Assembly (NCBI GenBank): GCA_944386735.1
Contig: CALXCH010000002.1
Span: 90 to 64,089 of the forward strand
Reading direction: 5' to 3'
Source of the DNA: an uncultured Clostridia bacterium
GTDB lineage: Bacteria; Bacillota; Clostridia; TANB77; CAG-508
Length of the DNA: 64,000 nucleotides
The stretch's first letter is position 1; each line of letters starts with the position of its first letter. Position numbers and translations under genes: made by a program. The notes beneath the pieces were generated by a model that did no database searches, was not told the DNA's origin, and saw only the letters and a program-made list of their open reading frames with translations. This document shows, one piece after another, positions 17,260-28,300 of this stretch.

Positions 17260-17799
17260 TTATTTAATTCTCTTATATATAATTGGCTCATCGTATCCAA
17301 AAGTTCTTTTCCCGTTAATTTCCATTGTTTCAGAAACTTCTAACATTTTTTCAGAGAATCTTTCAAATAATTTAAATTTTAGGACTGGAGTAAACATACT
17401 TTCACTTCCACCTTCCCACACTCCATTATCTAATTTATATATAGCTGGAGTAAATTTTTCTGAAACTTTTAAATTTAAATAATCTAATTCATCTATATCA
17501 TTATATGTAACAGATTTTCCATATTCTTTTGGAATTTCATATGAAGTAAGTTTTATCCCGTCTTCTTCTGTAAACAGAAACAAATGTGAAGATGCGTTTG
17601 TTTTTTCATTTACAGTATAATAACTTTCCTCTAAAACAAATATCCCTTTAAAATCATCCGGTAAGTTTTTTATTTTATTATTACAAACCGTATTTACATG
17701 TCTCGCAAATGGAAAACCTTTATCTTTTAATTTATCATATTGTTCTGAATTATCAAAATTTCCTACCATAAGTTTTATAAAATCATCTAATTTACTCAT
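17260..17799 (-). CDS. CpcT/CpeT-like (DUF1001) beta-barrel family protein
   Basis: N-terminal GNFDNSEQ motif, FARHV, and length and pattern like CpcT/CpeT-family proteins. The start codon lies 1 nt after the helicase stop. Confidence 0.5.
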   Translation of the reverse strand: MSKLDDFIKLMVGNFDNSEQYDKLKDKGFPFARHVNTVCNNKIKNLPDDFKGIFVLEESYYTVNEKTNASSHLFLFTEEDGIKLTSYEIPKEYGKSVTYNDIDELDYLNLKVSEKFTPAIYKLDNGVWEGGSESMFTPVLKFKLFERFSEKMLEVSETMEINGKRTFGYDEPIIYKRIK

Positions 17800-17800
17800 A

Positions 17801-19540
17801 TTATTCTTCTCCTTCTGGATTTTGTTTTAAACGTAAATATCCAAGTTCCTCCCATACGTTATATGCAAGGTTTAATCTAAATAGTAAAGTTGGTTTTGCA
17901 CCAGCCCTGTTCTTATCTACAACACAAGCATAATATCTAATATCAGGATCATCATATTTTTTTAGATTAAAGAACTTAGTATCTACTTCATTTAATGAAT
18001 ATTCATAATCTTTAAGAGTATCTCTATTTATCTGTTTCATTAAACAAAGTGTATCTAATACCTCTTTTACTGTTCTACTTACTGCTAAATCATTTACATT
18101 TAAGTTTACTGGCAAAGTATTGCTTTCTGCTAATTGCAATGTTGAGCAAATATATAAATTAAAGTTTTGTGCTAAATTTGAAAGAATAGTTGCTGTTTTC
18201 TTTAATTCTTCACCTATACCAATATTTGCTGTATCTGTTTTTAATGTATCATAAAATACATATTCTATTTGTTCTTTATAATAATAGTTCATAATAACTT
18301 TTTGTAATTCATCATTTGTATGGTCTGTTATATTAATAAAGTAAATTGCATTTTTAATTTCTTTATTTGCCCAATCTGTGATTTTTATAGTTTTTCTAAA
18401 CTCTTCAGATTCTTTTGTTAACCTTTTTACAAAATCTCCTTGTTTTTCATTAGGCTTCCTTAATATAAATCCTTCTTCATCTGTCTCTACCTTTTTAGGA
18501 TCATCTGCTCTAAATTTAAATTCTAATAACTCTCCTTCTGTTTTACTTAAATGTACTCCGTGTATTTCTTGAATTGCTTTATTATTTATTATTGTAGTTA
18601 TTAAACATAATTTCATTTTTTCTTCTGACATCTCATTTGAAATAATTAGTACCTTTTTCTTATGTACTAATGCTACATGTGCTGCAATATCTATTGTAAA
18701 TCTACTTTTACCAGCATTTGAAGGCATCGCAAATGCCATTGTTTCGCCTTTTCTTATTCCTTTAAACACACTTGTAAGTATTGGAAAAGGAAGTGGCAAA
18801 CCATTCCTTAAATTATTATCTCCTGATTCTAAAAAAGTTGTAAGATTTTTATTTAAAACAGCACGTTTAAATTTTTCAGTAGCATTTACCTGCTCAATCG
18901 CACTTTTTACTTCTTCAACAGACATTTTATCATAAAGAGTATATTGTGTTATTTCAACTACTTTATCCTGAATACTTTTTATTGGTATTGCTAAATATGC
19001 TTTTCTTAAAACAAAAAGCTTCCTCAATTCTATATAAATTTTTTCCACATTATAATCTTTTCCTCTAACGCTAGATTTTAATTCAGTCTTAAAATTATAT
19101 ACCTGTTCATTATCTCTTGCAAAATTAAATCCTCTTTTTGCATCTTCTGAACTATATGCCCCACCTTCAGTAAATATAATACTTTTATATACATTTAAGC
19201 TATCTGCATCTTCAAAATAGCATTCCTCAAAAGGGAAATAATATTTTACAATAAGTTTTGGATCATTTAATAATAAGCCTACAAATGTACGTTCTAAATC
19301 TATATTACTTAATTCAGGTGGATAAATTCCTTCATTTTCTTCTGGTTCTTCTACCACTTCTTCTTCGTCATCATCTTCTTCATTTTGCATTTTACTTAAT
19401 TCATCTATTTTCTTAAATGCCGCCATATAATCATTGTTTAATAATTCTTGTCTTATTTCTTCTATTACACTTTTATTTTTTTTAGTAACTGGTATATTAT
19501 CTAATATTTCATAAATTCTTTTGATTTTATCTTCTTCCAT
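17801..19540 (-). CDS. divergent DnaB-like hexameric helicase family protein
   Basis: DnaB-N-like segment (ERTFVGLLLNDPKLI), Walker A MPSNAGKSRF, Walker B VLIISNEM, and a C-terminal VDKNRAGAKP arginine-finger-like motif. The acidic N-terminal extension (EEDDDEEEVVEEPEENE) is atypical. Confidence 0.65.
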   Translation of the reverse strand: MEEDKIKRIYEILDNIPVTKKNKSVIEEIRQELLNNDYMAAFKKIDELSKMQNEEDDDEEEVVEEPEENEGIYPPELSNIDLERTFVGLLLNDPKLIVKYYFPFEECYFEDADSLNVYKSIIFTEGGAYSSEDAKRGFNFARDNEQVYNFKTELKSSVRGKDYNVEKIYIELRKLFVLRKAYLAIPIKSIQDKVVEITQYTLYDKMSVEEVKSAIEQVNATEKFKRAVLNKNLTTFLESGDNNLRNGLPLPFPILTSVFKGIRKGETMAFAMPSNAGKSRFTIDIAAHVALVHKKKVLIISNEMSEEKMKLCLITTIINNKAIQEIHGVHLSKTEGELLEFKFRADDPKKVETDEEGFILRKPNEKQGDFVKRLTKESEEFRKTIKITDWANKEIKNAIYFINITDHTNDELQKVIMNYYYKEQIEYVFYDTLKTDTANIGIGEELKKTATILSNLAQNFNLYICSTLQLAESNTLPVNLNVNDLAVSRTVKEVLDTLCLMKQINRDTLKDYEYSLNEVDTKFFNLKKYDDPDIRYYACVVDKNRAGAKPTLLFRLNLAYNVWEELGYLRLKQNPEGEE

Positions 19541-19579
19541 CTTTAACTTCCTTTCTATATTAATTTAACAGTAGAGGAG

Positions 19580-21496
19580 TTATCTTCCTCCTCCACCTCC
19601 TCCGGCCTCCGGCCGCCACCGACCGCCACCAGAGAAGCCTCCACCTCCACCAGAAGCAGATGTATATGCTGTTGACATAGAATTGCTAATTGCATTTGAA
19701 AAACTTCTAGAAAAATCTGTATGTATCATTAAATACATATATGGATATGTATTTACATTTATAGTATTTTCAATATCTGGATATACAACTTTTAATTGTT
19801 TTAATACTTTGTCTGCAATACCAAATGCAGTAGCAAACACTAAAAATTTCTCCCATATCGCAATCTCTGGAACCTCTCTTTTATCAAGTAAAGAAAATTC
19901 CTCCATATATTTTTTAAGTCCTTTCCATTTAGCAATTTCATCTATTCCACTTTGTGTAAATATATCTATTTTATATATTGCAATTCCTGTTGCAATTAGA
20001 TTTAAAAACATTATAATTAGTAAAACAACGCATCCTATAATAGCCAAACTTCCAAGCCAATCTACAACTGCAATTGATCCAATTACACAAAATATAAATA
20101 ATGTTAAGAACAATACTTGCATGCTAGATTCTTTTGCGTATTTTTCTTTTTCTTCTTTATTAATTAAGTTTTTATCTATTAATTTTTTCTTAGATTCTTC
20201 TTTTACTTTTTCTTGTAAATTCAATATTTTAGTTGTTGATGCATTTCTAATATATTTTTCTAATCCCTTTACAGTAAGTTCTCCATCTTTTTGTTTATTA
20301 AAGGCTGATAATAAAAATTCTCCTATTGCTCTTTCATCTTTATTTTCTAATCCAAGTAATCCTTCTCTATCTAATAATTTTATACTAATCTCATCTTTTC
20401 CTTTTTCGTTTTTCTTACTTTGTATTTCTATTAATTTTTTCAAAGCCAACTCTAATAATGTAGCAGAAAAGATTTTTCCTATATCATTTTGTTGTAAACT
20501 TAATTTTACTTCTTTTTCCAAATATAGTGCCTCTGCAGGAGATGCGTCTTCTCTTGGTATTTCTCTAAAATATATTACTTCTTCGCTTGGCTTTTTTCTT
20601 TTCCTTGTTATTATTAATTTTATTTTTCTTATTATATTAATTATAAGAAGCACACCAATTACGATAACTGCAATGTAGAAAATTACTAAATATATCATTC
20701 TTTGATTTCTTAGTCTGTTTGCTTCTTCTGCCCAGACAGTTTCTTCTCCTAATACATCATCTAAAATAGGATGATTATATGTTCTTTTTACTTCTCCACT
20801 TAATACATCTAATGGAAATAATGTTCTTATTTCTACATATGTTCCTGCTTTAAAATCATTTATTGTAAATTCTATTTTATTATTATCTGTTGCATATATC
20901 TCTCCATTTAATCCAGCAGTATGCCCCCATACTCTTATTTCATCTTTATTTTCTACTTCTTTTGGAAGAATTATTGTTCCTGTAATATTTTTAGCATCTA
21001 TTTCAAAATCTTCACCTACAAATTGCCAATAAAACTGATTGTAATCTGAATATTTTCCTACTGCTCCTTCTACAGTATAAGAAATTTCATAAATCCTAGT
21101 ATCTTTCCCATCATCTAAACCTACACCCCATGCAATTTCAAAATTACCATCATTATTTATTAAACCATAATAATAATCTTTTGTTACGTGGTACATAAGT
21201 CTTGTTGTTTCTGTAAAATCCTTATTTATTCCACCTGTTGTTTCTCTAACTGTTACATCTTTTATGTCTAAATATTTACTACTATCTGTTTTAAAAGTCT
21301 TAAATAAAGTATTTGTATCTTCTATGTTAATATCCCAAGTTTCAGTTACCTTCATATCTCCATTTTCTAAAATTTCAGCATCAAAGTTCAAATTATTTAA
21401 TTCTAAATCACTAGAAGCTGCATTACTTTTATTTCCTATAATCAGAAATAAAACTAAAAATATTAAAATAATTCCTAATCTTTTAATCTTTTTCAT
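19580..21496 (-). CDS. DUF2207-family membrane protein with a Gly-rich C-terminal tail (paralogue 2)
   Basis: Same architecture as 7880-10141 (signal peptide, ectodomain, TM cluster, WEKFLV, GGGGGFSGGG..GGGGGGR). The start overlaps nagZ by 14 nt. Confidence 0.75.
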   Translation of the reverse strand: MKKIKRLGIILIFLVLFLIIGNKSNAASSDLELNNLNFDAEILENGDMKVTETWDINIEDTNTLFKTFKTDSSKYLDIKDVTVRETTGGINKDFTETTRLMYHVTKDYYYGLINNDGNFEIAWGVGLDDGKDTRIYEISYTVEGAVGKYSDYNQFYWQFVGEDFEIDAKNITGTIILPKEVENKDEIRVWGHTAGLNGEIYATDNNKIEFTINDFKAGTYVEIRTLFPLDVLSGEVKRTYNHPILDDVLGEETVWAEEANRLRNQRMIYLVIFYIAVIVIGVLLIINIIRKIKLIITRKRKKPSEEVIYFREIPREDASPAEALYLEKEVKLSLQQNDIGKIFSATLLELALKKLIEIQSKKNEKGKDEISIKLLDREGLLGLENKDERAIGEFLLSAFNKQKDGELTVKGLEKYIRNASTTKILNLQEKVKEESKKKLIDKNLINKEEKEKYAKESSMQVLFLTLFIFCVIGSIAVVDWLGSLAIIGCVVLLIIMFLNLIATGIAIYKIDIFTQSGIDEIAKWKGLKKYMEEFSLLDKREVPEIAIWEKFLVFATAFGIADKVLKQLKVVYPDIENTINVNTYPYMYLMIHTDFSRSFSNAISNSMSTAYTSASGGGGGFSGGGRWRPEAGGGGGGR

Positions 21497-22592
21497 TTAC
21501 ATTCCCCTTTACTTTATTTTTTATATCATTTATTTTAATATTAATATCTTTTGGTAAATCCTCTAAATAAGGCACTTTTTCATTTTCTATTTCATATTTT
21601 TCTTTTACTCTCAGAATTCTTCTTACACTTCTATTGATTTTTGCAATATTAATTTTTCCATCTTTTACTTCTTTAATTATCTTGTCCATTAAAACTTCGT
21701 CTCCTGGAATATATTTAAATAAAACTATATCATTTCCTGCTTTAAAAGCTTTAACTAGTGCTCTTTTTGTTCCATATAATATTCTAATTGCCTTCATTCT
21801 TATATCATCTGTAATTACAATTCCATTAAACCTATTTTTCTTTCTTATATATTTCCTAACAAAACTCTTTGACATTGAAGCAGGATAACCATGTGTAACT
21901 TTTTTAATTATTAAATGGCCTACAAGTAATACATCTGCTCCATTTTCCATTACATTTTTGAATGGGACTAAATCTTCTTTTTCTAACTTTTCATTTGATT
22001 CTTCTATCCTAGGAAGTGTTAAATGTGAATCCTTTGCGGTTGCTCCATGACCAGGATAATGTTTAATTACTGGTACTATATTATGCTCTTTCATTTTATT
22101 CATATAAACAATTCCACATTTAGATACAACATCTACATTTTCACTAAATGCTCTATCACCTATTGCTTGGTTACTTTTAAATCTTTTTATATCTAAAACC
22201 GGTGCAAAGTTAAAATTAAATCCAGTTTTTTCAAGCATCTCTCCTGTAACTTCACTTGCTTCTTCTACTAAGTCTTCCTCTTTATATGATGCAAGCTCAT
22301 TTGCAGAAGGTAAGTTTTCAAAATCATTTGGCATCCTATTTACCCTTCCGCCCTCTTGATCTATTGCTATAAATAAAGGAATTTTATTTTGTCTTCCTAA
22401 AGTTCTTAATCTATTTATTAATTTATTTAGTTCTCTATAGTCTTTATAATCCTTTTTATATAAAAGAACTCCTCCTATCTTATATTTTACTATAAGATCT
22501 TCTATCTCTTTTATAAACTTAGGATTTCCTACTCCAACCATTAACATTTGTCCTACTTTTTCTTCTATTGATAGATTTTCTAATTTTTCCAT
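21483..22592 (-). CDS. nagZ: beta-N-acetylhexosaminidase (GH3, NagZ-like)
   Basis: GH3 motifs (IDQEGGRV, KHYPGHG, ITDD). The ATG at 22592 follows AGAGGT. The track ORF begins at GTG 22607. Confidence 0.85.
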   Translation of the reverse strand: MEKLENLSIEEKVGQMLMVGVGNPKFIKEIEDLIVKYKIGGVLLYKKDYKDYRELNKLINRLRTLGRQNKIPLFIAIDQEGGRVNRMPNDFENLPSANELASYKEEDLVEEASEVTGEMLEKTGFNFNFAPVLDIKRFKSNQAIGDRAFSENVDVVSKCGIVYMNKMKEHNIVPVIKHYPGHGATAKDSHLTLPRIEESNEKLEKEDLVPFKNVMENGADVLLVGHLIIKKVTHGYPASMSKSFVRKYIRKKNRFNGIVITDDIRMKAIRILYGTKRALVKAFKAGNDIVLFKYIPGDEVLMDKIIKEVKDGKINIAKINRSVRRILRVKEKYEIENEKVPYLEDLPKDINIKINDIKNKVKGNVNEKD

Positions 22593-22713
22593 TATTACCT
22601 CTAACACAATTTTTCTACATTATATACTTTAAAATCTATCTTAGCAATAGCTTTTTTCTTATTTTTGTGTTATAATTCTTATGTTTATTTTTATACAAAG
22701 AAGGAGATTCATT

Positions 22714-24411
22714 ATGGCATTTGATGGAATTATAACAAAAGCTATTGCTACAGAATTAAATCTACTTTCTGGAGCAAGAATAGATAAAATATTTGAGCCT
22801 AATTCAAATACTGTTGTTTTAGGTTTTTATTTAGATGGTTTAAATTATGCTTTAAATATTTGTACAAACCCACAAAATTACAGAATAAATTTAACAACGC
22901 ATTCTAAAATAAATCCAAAAATAGCACCTAATTTTTGTATGGTTCTTAGGAAACACTTAATTGGTTTGCATATTAAAAATATTATTACAAACTCATTAGA
23001 AAGAATTGTTACAATTGAGTTTGAAGGCTTTGATGATATAGATGATATTATTAACAAGAAATTAATTGTTGAACTTATGGGAAAACATTGTAATATTATT
23101 TTACTTAATGATGAAAACATTATTATAGATAGTCTAAGACATATTAATAATGAAAATGCAACTCATATCGTTGTGCCTCATATTAAATATACATATCCTA
23201 AAATTAATAAAAAAGATTTTCTATCTTCTAGTTTAGAAGAATTTAAAGCTTCTATAAATACAAATGATACATCATTATATCCTAAAAGTATTAGTAATAC
23301 TTATAATGGAATTAGTAAGAAATATATTTCTTTTATTATGGAAAAATATAACTTAAAAACTAAAGAAGATATTTATAATTACCTAAAAGATATTATTTAT
23401 AGAACTGACTCTTTAAAATTAAAGATAGAATTAGAAAATAACGACTACTTTTTAGTACCTGATGATTCTAATAATGAAAGCTTTTCTATTAATTTCGCAC
23501 TTGATGATTTCTATTATAATAAAGAAACTTCTGAAGAATTAAAAGTTAGTCGCAATACAGTATTAAAATTAATCTTAGCCACTTTAAAGAAATATAATAA
23601 AAGACTTATGCACATCAATAACAAACTAACAGAATGTGATAATATGGATACCTATAGGCTTTATGGCGAACTTATTACTGCTAATTTATATAGAATTCCT
23701 AATAAGAACCTAAAAAGTATTGAGCTTGAAAACTATTATGATAATAATAAAAAAATCACAATTCCTTTAGATGAAAGGTATGTACCTTCTGTTAATGCTA
23801 AAAGATATTTTAAGAAATATAATAAATTAAAAAATGCTTTAGAAATTGTGGGCACCCAAAAGAAAGAAACTTTGCAAGAACTTAATTATATAGAAAGTGT
23901 TGTTTATGAATTAGAAGCTGCAAATTCTGTAGAAGAAATCGCTGAGATTTTAGACGAGATTTCTGAAAATGATATCTTTAAAGAAAAGACTAAAAATCTA
24001 AAAAAGAAAAAACAAAATAAAGTAAAGAAATCAAACCTTACTAAAAATAAAAATGTTAGTTTTAACCCTATAAAATATACAATTGATGGATTTACTCTTT
24101 TAGTTGGAAGAAATAATAAAGAAAATGATTACTTAACTCTAAAGTTTGCAAACAAACATGATATATGGTTCCATACTAAAGATATTCATGGTAGCCATGC
24201 AATCCTTTTCTTAAATAATAAAGTACCTACAGAAGATATCCTAACAAAATGTGCAGAAATCACAGCATTTCATAGTAAAGCAAGATTTTCTTCTAATGTG
24301 CCAGTTGATACTTGTGAAGTACGCTATGTAAAAAAACCAAAAGGAGCAAAACCTGGTATGGTTATTTATACCAATTATACTACATTATATGTTAATCCGA
24401 AAAATCATTAA
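22714..24411 (+). CDS. rqcH: ribosome quality-control factor RqcH (NFACT / FbpA family)
   Basis: NFACT-N start MAFDGIITKA, a coiled-coil middle, and an NFACT-R C-terminus (DIWFHTKDIHGSH). The ATG at 22714 follows AAGGAG. Confidence 0.85.
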   Translation: MAFDGIITKAIATELNLLSGARIDKIFEPNSNTVVLGFYLDGLNYALNICTNPQNYRINLTTHSKINPKIAPNFCMVLRKHLIGLHIKNIITNSLERIVTIEFEGFDDIDDIINKKLIVELMGKHCNIILLNDENIIIDSLRHINNENATHIVVPHIKYTYPKINKKDFLSSSLEEFKASINTNDTSLYPKSISNTYNGISKKYISFIMEKYNLKTKEDIYNYLKDIIYRTDSLKLKIELENNDYFLVPDDSNNESFSINFALDDFYYNKETSEELKVSRNTVLKLILATLKKYNKRLMHINNKLTECDNMDTYRLYGELITANLYRIPNKNLKSIELENYYDNNKKITIPLDERYVPSVNAKRYFKKYNKLKNALEIVGTQKKETLQELNYIESVVYELEAANSVEEIAEILDEISENDIFKEKTKNLKKKKQNKVKKSNLTKNKNVSFNPIKYTIDGFTLLVGRNNKENDYLTLKFANKHDIWFHTKDIHGSHAILFLNNKVPTEDILTKCAEITAFHSKARFSSNVPVDTCEVRYVKKPKGAKPGMVIYTNYTTLYVNPKNH

Positions 24412-24434
24412 AGAGAAGCCATAAGCTTCTCTTT
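24410..24434. terminator. bidirectional terminator
   Basis: AAAGAGAAGC / GCTTCTCTTT stem between convergent genes. Confidence 0.65.
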
Positions 24435-24447
24435 AATATTTATATAC

Positions 24448-24918
24448 CTATCCCCAGAATATAAGCAATGTAAATATAGTAGCTACAATAATTTCTGGTT
24501 TTGTCCATTCTTCTGGTATAATTTTAAGTTCTTCTCCAGTCTTTTCAGCTGTAATTGAAATAGAATAAGAAGTTACATCTTCCGCTTCAAAATACATACT
24601 AAAATCTTGTGTTGGATTTGCATCTGTTGTTTCTATTTCTATGTATCTTTTTCCCACCATATTATCTCTTGAAGAATATAAATCTATTTCTACATATTTT
24701 CCTGTTAAATTATCATTACCACTATCACTTATAGTCCCTTTAATTCTACCATTTACTAATGTTGCCTGTGCTTGTGATATTTGTACTTGTGATGTATTAT
24801 CTTTTCTTGTTATATCTTTATATGAAGAATTTAATCCAACCTCAATTATAAAATTTGAAAATATAAAGAAGCCTATAAGTATTAGTGTATATATTAAAAA
24901 TGTTTTTAATCTTGCCAT
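24448..24918 (-). CDS. two-TM membrane protein with a beta-rich ectodomain (paralogue of 16675-17172)
   Basis: From the ATG at 24918 (SD AGGAAGG) it reads MARLKTFLIY.., parallel to MDRIKTFAIY in the paralogue, and VNGRIKGTIS..GKYVEIDLYSSRD. Confidence 0.6.
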   Translation of the reverse strand: MARLKTFLIYTLILIGFFIFSNFIIEVGLNSSYKDITRKDNTSQVQISQAQATLVNGRIKGTISDSGNDNLTGKYVEIDLYSSRDNMVGKRYIEIETTDANPTQDFSMYFEAEDVTSYSISITAEKTGEELKIIPEEWTKPEIIVATIFTLLIFWG

Positions 24919-25076
24919 TTTTTCCTTCCTTTTTACCACATATATATATTATAACAAATTTTATACCATTTTTCAACAAAAATTGTAAATTATGTTAATT
25001 CATGTTATAATTAATATGTAAAGGTCAAGAACCCAATGTATATATCTATTAACTTTCTATTAGTTAAGGAGTAAAA

Positions 25077-25337
25077 ATGGACATAAAAAAGCATTTTAAT
25101 ACCTATAGACGTTATTGTATTTCTTATTGTATATGCTTTCTAATGTATGTCTTTTTCTTCTTTAGTGGCAAACCCTACTTTGCAACATTAAAAGTAATCC
25201 TTTTATTTGTTGCATTTTTCATAGCACTTCTTGCTATGAAACTTACTCTTGCAGACAAGCAAAAAAAGATTTTTTATCTTTGGTTTGCTAGTGCATTAGT
25301 AAGTGCGACTCTTGTCATTTGGGAAGTTCTAAAATAA
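25077..25337 (+). CDS. small membrane protein (86 aa, 3 predicted TM)
   Basis: SD AAGGAG and hydrophobic helices. No family recognised. Confidence 0.5.
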   Translation: MDIKKHFNTYRRYCISYCICFLMYVFFFFSGKPYFATLKVILLFVAFFIALLAMKLTLADKQKKIFYLWFASALVSATLVIWEVLK

Positions 25338-25350
25338 GACATCGTCCAAA

Positions 25351-25378
25351 AACGCAGTACTACCTTAAGTACTGCGTT
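25351..25378. terminator. bidirectional terminator
   Basis: AACGCAGTACT / AGTACTGCGTT 11-bp stem between convergent genes. Confidence 0.7.
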
Positions 25379-25383
25379 CTATA

Positions 25384-28300
25384 TTATATTTCTATTATTT
25401 TGTTTAAATACACTGAATAAATATATGTGTTAGCAACTTGCTTTTTATAAGCTTTTTCTAAGGCTTCTTTATATAAATCTACTTGTTTTTTATATTTTGT
25501 AACTAATTCTTGTTCTTTTCCTTCTTCTACATAATCAGTTTTATAATCTACAAGATTTAAATTATTATCTTTATCAATATAATATAAATCAATAATACCT
25601 TGAATTAGTATATTTTCATTTGTATCTTCTTTATAAATATCTTTTGCTGGAACATTTATATAAAAAGGCTTTTCTCTTTCTACCACTTTTGCTGATTTTA
25701 ACTCCTCCCAAATCTTTGATTTCGTAAATTCTAAAATCTTACTTGGATTAATTGCTTCTTTTTCTTTTGATGTTATTATTTTCTTTGTTTCTAATTCTTC
25801 TATTAACTCTTTTACTTTTTCTAAATCATAGTCTATTTTTTCATCTAGTTTTTGCATGCATAGATGTACTAGAGTTCCTTTCTTAGCTGATGTTATTTTT
25901 TCTTCTTCTCCAACTTTTAAGAACTTTGGTTTTGGAAGGCTTATTTCTTTTTCTACTAATACTTTATCGCCATTTTCTAGTTGTTTTAAAGTTGTAACAG
26001 CTGTTTTTGTAGGTATTACTGTATCTAACATATTTGGATATTCATAATTTAATATATTACTTATTTTCTCTAATTCTTCCTTATTTACTTTTTTACTTTC
26101 TAGATTTTTTAAAACATCCACTTCTTCATTATCTATTTTATTTAAGTTCTTTAATAAAGTTTTCTTTTTATAAGTATTTAATTCCACTTTATCTAAACAT
26201 TGATTTTTCTCATACTGATAAACTAGTAAAATCCAATCTAAATATCTTTTACATTTCTTAATTAAAATTGAATTAATCTTAGCATTTTCTTTTGGGTATC
26301 TTTCAATGCTTTCATCTATCTTTTCTAAATCCTTCTTAAAATCTCTTGTTACCCCTGTTATAAATAGTTTTTCCTTTGCTCTAGTTAAAGCAACATATAA
26401 TATTCTCATTTCTTCTGAAAGTGTCTCTAATAAAATCTTATTTTTAATAGCTAGTTTACTTAAAGTATCATATTTTACTTGTTTATCATAATCTATATAT
26501 TTTACTCCTATTCCCATTTCCTGGTGAAGTAACACATCTTCTTTTGAATCTTTTTGATTAAATTGTTTCCCTGTATTTGATAAAAATACAACTGGGAATT
26601 CTAATCCTTTACTTTTATGAATACTCATTATTCTTACAACATCATCATTTTCACCAATAAGTTTTGCAGAACCCATATCTCCACTAGATACTTTTAGCTT
26701 GTCTATAAAGTTTATAAAATTATATAAGCCTTTAAAATTAGCGCTTTCATAATCCTTAGCCTTTTGGAATAACATTTTTAAATTTGCTTGTCTTAAATCT
26801 CCATTTGGCATTAAACCTACATAGTTATAATATCCTGTATCACTATAAATTTTCCAAATAAGTTCATCTAACGCTAAATATTCTTTTTCTTTTCTCCATT
26901 TATCTAAATTATCAAAAAAGTTTTGTATCTTTTCTCTTAAACTATCATCTACATCAATAATTGCCTTTTGCATACAAGTATAAAAATTGTCATACGAATC
27001 TGTTAAACGCATTTTTACTAATTCATTGTCTGTAAACTTTCCTATATATGACCTTAATACTGATACTAGTGGTATGTCTTGCATTGGATTATCTATTATT
27101 TTTAATAATGACATTATTGTTTGTATTTCAATAGAATCTAGATATTCTTGTGAACTATCAGAAAATACCGGTATCTCTAAATTTAGAAGTTCTTGTTCAA
27201 ATACAGGTGCTGGAGTTGCAGTAGACCTAAGTAATATTACTATATCTTTATATTTAATATCCCTATATTTTTCTTCTTTTCTATCCCATACTTGAAACTT
27301 ACTTTCTACTAATTTTTTTATTTTATTTGCAACAAACCTTGCTTCTAATTCTACATTTTCTACTCTATCTTCATCTTCTACTTTTTCTTCTTCATCATTT
27401 TCTTTTACCTCTAATTCTTCTTCCTCTGATAAATCTATCACATCTATTTCTGTATTTAAACTTTGTTTTGCTTCTGGATATTCTGCTCCTAAATTTAGAT
27501 ATTCATCTTCGTTATATTCTATATCACCTAAGTTATCACTCATAATATCTTGGAATATAAGATTTGTAAAATACAAAATATTTTCCCTACTCCTAAAGTT
27601 TTTAAATAATTGTATTTTTAAATCATCTTCTGCTGTTTTTTCTTTTTTATTTTTATATCTCTTATATTTACTAATAAATAGTTCTGGCATTGCTTGACGG
27701 AATTTATAAATACTTTGTTTTACATCTCCTACCATAAATATATTATTTCCACAAGACACTGAATTCAATATATATTCTTGTACCAAGTTACTATCTTGAT
27801 ATTCATCAATTGCAATCTCTTGATATTTTTCTTGATATTTTCTTGCAATATCAGATGGAACAATTTTTCCATTTTCCTCCTTTATTAATATCTTTAATGC
27901 AAAATGTTCTACATCTTGAAAATCTACAATATTTTTTTCTCTTTTTCTTTTTGAAAATTCTTCACCAAATTCAAATATTATATTTTTTAGTTTTAATAAT
28001 ATAGAATACATATCATAAATATCTTGGTTTGCCGTTCTAGAATCACAAGCTAGAATATTATCTAATATTTTCAAATTCTTTTTAACTTGAATTCTTATAT
28101 CTCTTGCTTGATCCTTTTCTAATGCCTTTATTCTTTTTCCTTGCCATTTTGGAAAGTCTACTAAGCTGTTTACTTCATAAGCTTTATCCCAATTATTTAA
28201 ATTATTTTTTAATGAATTTAACATATCTATATCATGCATTATTATTTTTAAATAATCATCTAAATCAGAATTTGAATCAAGGAGCTCTTTACAACTATTT

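Noticed and set aside
19683-20678. A 331-aa plus-strand ORF antisense to the DUF2207 gene. Similar long antisense ORFs occur at 10227-10778, 34023-34604, 15766-16260, 700-1020, 11473-11895 and 28697-29056.
   Set aside because: All lie opposite strongly supported genes whose sense strands are purine-rich (AAA/GAA/GGA codons). The mirror strand is therefore pyrimidine-rich and naturally free of the stop codons TAA, TAG and TGA. The translations are low-complexity L/F/S/I strings with no SD or recognisable domain.
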